A stretch of DNA of 64,000 nucleotides. Source: the human T2T-CHM13v2.0 reference genome, Homo sapiens. The notes under the pieces were generated by a model. The model saw only the letters and a list, made by a program, of their open reading frames with translations. It made no database searches and had not been told where the DNA came from. The translations under genes and the position numbers were made by a program. The DNA lies in NCBI RefSeq assembly GCF_009914755.1, contig NC_060931.1, one strand, 5' to 3'. Positions 60,801 through 64,000 of the stretch are shown in pieces (within the stretch, counting starts at the first letter, position 1; each line of letters begins with the position of its first letter).

Positions 60801-62642
60801 GATCAGGTGCTTCTATAGAAAAGGCATCTCTCTATCAAAGAGCATGACTCCATCATGATGAAGTTAATAAGTTAGATCTAGGTTCAAACCCTGGCTCTAC
60901 CATTCACCAGCTTTACAAACTCAGTTATTTAAACTCTTTGGCCTTGTGTCATCAACAATAAATATGTAGAAAGTATCTACTTCACAGGGAAGTTGTATGG
61001 ATTATGTGGCCAATCTTACATATGATACATATTCAAGTAATTTCCATCTTCTTTGCTTTCTCCTGTTATCCTGCTGATAAAACAGATCAGGTTTTTCTTT
61101 TAAAATTAACAAAAAGAGAGATGTCATGAGCTGAACAATTAGCAAAGGCCTGAATTCAAGTGATTAGTTTATAGCCAGCTGAGAAGTAGAATGAGGTACA
61201 CTCGTAACTTTTCCAGGCTAGCTTTTGTGAAATACTTAACATCATTTCAGGTGATTCCTTGGCCTGCATGTATGTATGCATTTATTTAATAGATATTAAA
61301 GCCTCATTCTGTGCCAGGCACTAGGGTTTAAGGATGAGTATCTCTGCCCTCACTAAAATGAGGACTCACATTTTAGTAAAAGGGAAAGATATACAATCAA
61401 ACCCAGCAGACAGGAGAGAAGCATGAGGTGGGCCAAGGAGGGCAGAGGTGCCTTCCTGGCAGCCAAGATGGGTTGTGTATTCAAGAGGGAGGTGAAGCCT
61501 TTGACAGTGGGGGGCTACTGGCATCCCTAGAGGCCTGCCCGCTGGCCTGGCTTCCCAAGAATCTGTAGATCGACGCTGGTTCTTTTGTAAAAATAAATAC
61601 ATTATTTAAAAAGGCAATGGAAACATTTCTAAAATCAATAAATCCTGAGGGCAAAATGGAGGTGCTATTTGAGATGGGCATAATCCTCATTCATTCAAGA
61701 CGTGATCTGAGTCCTTACAGTACACCAGGCACTCAAGGCATAGCCAGGTTTTATCTTCCATTTAGAGATGAGGAAAATGAAGCTCAGAGAGGCTAAAATC
61801 ACAGGCTATGATGATAATAAAAGTTGTCAGACACTAACAAGTTAGTAAGGGAGGTTAAGGCGATGCTTTGAAGAGCTCTAAAGAAGAGAACTGTTGCTGG
61901 TCTGTTCTCCTGAAGTACAGAGCTGTCTTTTGGCAGCCTGATGGAGACTTAAGGAGATGCATTAGTGAGAGCCTAAAAATCACTCTAAGACTTAATGAAT
62001 ACTTTACATCTCATATAGACAAATGCTTAATGAACCCATTATGATGAATCTTAAGGCTCCCTACCATTCTGGAACATTAGGTTAAGTTCGGAGAGTTAAG
62101 TTAGACATATTAGACATCACTAACTATTTAAGACATAATGGGACCACTGTCTACACTCACCATTTACTCTCTGAGGATTCTTAGCCTATGTGGAGAAATG
62201 GCAACACATTAAGAAAATATGACTCAGATTTCATTACCAGGAAAAGAAAACTATACTGTCTGTAACATCAGTTCACTATTATAGGTCTTTACAATTTTAA
62301 TTTTTGACAAATATATTTTTTAAAAAAAGGTCTTTTATGTACACACATGAGGCAAAAGATTATATTTTAAAAATTGCCAATTTATACTGTAAAATATGAA
62401 TTCTGGGAAGGGTTATTAGTGAATTTGTTTCTTATAAAATGGCATTTATACTTACGGTTGCTCTTGAAAATTTTCAAAAATAAAATCAATATGTTGTGTT
62501 TTCACTTTCTTGAAGTAAAAAACTCAAAGTAGTCCTAATGTAAAGCTGTGGAGTACATGCCTTTTGTGTACTTATATTTCTATTAGAATCTTAGAAAATA
62601 CAAGTTTGAGACCATCTATAAAATAAATATATTTATTTATCT

Positions 62643-62925
62643 CAGCACTGCCAAATAAAAATAAGTGATCACAAATCTAAATTTTCTAATAGCCACCTTA
62701 AAAAAGTAAAAATAGGAAAAATGTTAATATCTTTTTTATTTAGCCCAATATATCCAAAATCATTTTAACATAATCAATATATAAAATTTGGGGTCTTTTA
62801 CATTCCTTTTTCATACTAAGTCTCTGAAATCCATTTACAGCACGTCTTAACTTGGACAAGGCTCATTTTAAGTATTCAGTGGCCATACGTAGCTAGTGGT
62901 TACTATATAGATTGAACAGTGCAGT
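62643..62925 (+). mobile_element. MER33-like hAT-Charlie relic in the TPK1 intron
   Basis: 'aaattttctaatagccac...cccaatatatccaaaat...catactaagtct...gctagtggttac...acagtgcag'. Confidence 0.75.
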
Positions 62926-63359
62926 TCTAGGTTGTTGAAGCAGGAACTATATTTATGATTCAATTATCTGCTTTTTTCAGAAGAACATTATTTTTTGGTT
63001 TGATTATATAGATAGTAATTTTCATTTCATATGTAGCTATGTGGTCACAGAGTCCGAGGTTATAAACAGAACATTAAATTCAAAGTGTGCATATACAATC
63101 ATTTTGAGTGATGTGAACTTACGATGTGAGTGGATCAACAAACACTTAAATACTTAACATGTGTTCAGCAGCAAGACAGACTCAGTCCTCTGCCCTTCAA
63201 CTTGAAGGCTGAGAACTATCTAGCAGGAACTGTAGAAAGGACAACCAAAAATCCAAAATCCAAGCAAACCTAATGTGAAATTACCAAGAGAATATATACT
63301 ACATTCTATAAGGTATAGAATAAATAAATGCCTGCTTGGACATGTGGCAAATAATCTTC

Positions 63360-63771
63360 CTTTTTTTTGAAGGGGGGAGGGAGTTATTTATTTTTATTTT
63401 ATTTTATTTATTCATTTATTTCCATAGGTTTTTGGGGAACAGGTGGTGTTTGGTTACATGAGTAAGTTCTTTAGTAGTGATCTGTGAGATTCTGGTGTAC
63501 CCAACACCCAAACAGTGTACACTGTACCCAATTTGAAGTCTTTTATCCCTCACTCACCTCCCACCCTTTCCCCCAAGACCCTCAAGTCCCCAAAGTCCAC
63601 TGTATCATTCTTATGCATTTGTATCCTCATAGTGTGGCTCCCACTTATAAGTGAGAACATATGATGTTCGGTTTTCCATTTCTGAGTTACTTCACTTAGA
63701 ATAATGATCTCCAATTCCACTATTGGGTATCTACTCAGAGGAAAAGAAGTCATTATACAAAAAAGATACTT
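63360..63771 (-). mobile_element. L1PB/MA-type 3' fragment with a 5' inversion
   Basis: Antisense 3' UTR at 63380-63720, then a sense-oriented ORF2-end piece at 63717-63771. Target sequence GCAAATAATCTTC is present on both sides. Confidence 0.85.
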
Positions 63772-64000
63772 ACAATCTTCTAATTGTACCTGCAAATAAT
63801 CTTCTAATTTTTCTTCTAATAATTGCAAATAATCTTCTAATTGTACTCTTTTCTCCCAATTATTACCTTCTCTTCCCACTCCTCTAACACTTGTGAAAGA
63901 ATAACTGGAGGACCCTAATTGCCTATAATGAAATGTTCAAAACAAACACATTCCCTCTTCCCGGCCCAAACATCCTGGCATGGCACTTAAGGCCCTTTGT

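Overview
This is primate, almost certainly human, genomic DNA from the NOBOX-TPK1 interval (chr7q35 by recognition of the proteins). It is not microbial. Positions 1-14.4 kb hold the complete oocyte homeobox gene NOBOX on the minus strand. Ten GT-AG exons join into a 691-aa ORF. The sequence also supports a different 574-aa model that starts at a 37-nt exon in the CpG island at about 7.8 kb and uses a proximal exon-5 donor, which restores an uninterrupted homeodomain. The intergenic region is repeat-rich. It contains a HERV9/LTR12 provirus (21227-28770, minus) with an intact 3' LTR, a largely deleted 5' LTR and an open env-TM frame. It also contains a solo and a full-length THE1 MaLR, a PPIA processed pseudogene, a tailless U6atac retrocopy, many Alus, and L1/L2/MIR and DNA-transposon relics. 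The right end holds the last coding exon and 3' UTR of TPK1 (minus strand) and part of its last intron. I found no evidence of a new multi-gene system. The best leads are the alternative NOBOX gene model and the possibility that same-strand LTRs upstream drive or enhance NOBOX transcripts. Exon boundaries were counted by hand. Repeat boundaries and subfamilies are by eye and approximate.
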